Positions 63,274-64,000 of a DNA stretch of 64,000 bases are shown here, in pieces (position 1 is the first letter of the stretch; each line of letters begins with the position of its first letter). The stretch comes from Phoronis australis (taxonomy: Eukaryota; Animalia; Phoronida). The position numbers and the translations under genes are program-made. Under the pieces are notes generated by a model. That model saw only the letters and a list, made by a program, of their open reading frames with translations. It did not search any database and was not told the origin of the DNA. The DNA lies in the NCBI GenBank assembly GCA_002633005.1, contig NMRA01000078.1, forward strand, positions 505,868 to 569,867, read 5' to 3'.

Positions 63274-63774
63274 NNNNNNNNNNNNNNNNNNNNNNNNNNN
63301 NNNNNNNNNNNNNNNNNNNNNNNNNNNNNNNNNNNNNNNNNNNNNNNNNNNNNNNNNNNNNNNNNNNNNNNNNNNNNNNNNNNNNNNNNNNNNNNNNNNN
63401 NNNNNNNNNNNNNNNNNNNNNNNNNNNNNNNNNNNNNNNNNNNNNNNNNNNNNNNNNNNNNNNNNNNNNNNNNNNNNNNNNNNNNNNNNNNNNNNNNNNN
63501 NNNNNNNNNNNNNNNNNNNNNNNNNNNNNNNNNNNNNNNNNNNNNNNNNNNNNNNNNNNNNNNNNNNNNNNNNNNNNNNNNNNNNNNNNNNNNNNNNNNN
63601 NNNNNNNNNNNNNNNNNNNNNNNNNNNNNNNNNNNNNNNNNNNNNNNNNNNNNNNNNNNNNNNNNNNNNNNNNNNNNNNNNNNNNNNNNNNNNNNNNNNN
63701 NNNNNNNNNNNNNNNNNNNNNNNNNNNNNNNNNNNNNNNNNNNNNNNNNNNNNNNNNNNNNNNNNNNNNNNNNN
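63274..63774. other. Assembly gap (N run)
   Basis: 501 consecutive N; a single N also occurs at 36079. Confidence 0.99.
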
Positions 63775-63852
<78 letters not shown>

Positions 63853-63881
63853 AGATTAGATATAGATATAGATATAGATAT
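63775..63881. repeat. (AT)n microsatellite followed by (AGATAT)n
   Basis: Directly visible next to the gap. Confidence 0.95.
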
Positions 63882-64000
63882 ACATTTAGTCAAACTTATT
63901 GTCTTTTTCAAAAAAGAAATGCCAGTCTAATGTTTTGTATACTTCAAAGTTTCAGCCAAAGGCAAAGATTGAACCCAAAACAGGCACATGTTTTATACCG

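Noticed and set aside
63069-63930. Long 280-aa and 230-aa ORFs
   Set aside because: Artefacts of reading through the N gap and the (AT)n microsatellite.

Overview
AT-rich, intron-containing animal genomic DNA; the repeat content and abundant TACATGTA suggest a marine invertebrate, but the species cannot be determined from the sequence. Bases 213-25222 (+) carry 19 coding exons of a GRIP1/2-family seven-PDZ scaffold gene whose 5' end lies upstream of the window; I assembled it by hand from GT-AG sites with consistent intron phases. Bases ~27.4-55 kb (+) are a tandem array of six ~5-6 kb duplicated units of a secreted C-type-lectin-domain (CTLD) gene with a signal peptide, a coiled-coil neck and two coding exons. 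Four units are complete genes. Two units lack the promoter and exon 1 but keep a phase-compatible terminal exon. The terminal exon is hypervariable on a fixed Cys/Trp framework and lacks the EPN/QPD and WND motifs. One orphan exon was overwritten by a 167-bp near-perfect copy of gene 2. Also present are decayed retroelements (CR1/L2-like, RTE-X-like, L1/Tx1-like, and Penelope with hammerhead-like pLTRs), MITEs, minisatellites and a 501-N assembly gap. The best candidate for a novel system is a diversifying lectin array, with a more conserved exon 1 and variable terminal-exon cassettes possibly shuffled by gene conversion and alternative last-exon splicing. This is an inference that needs RNA and population data.
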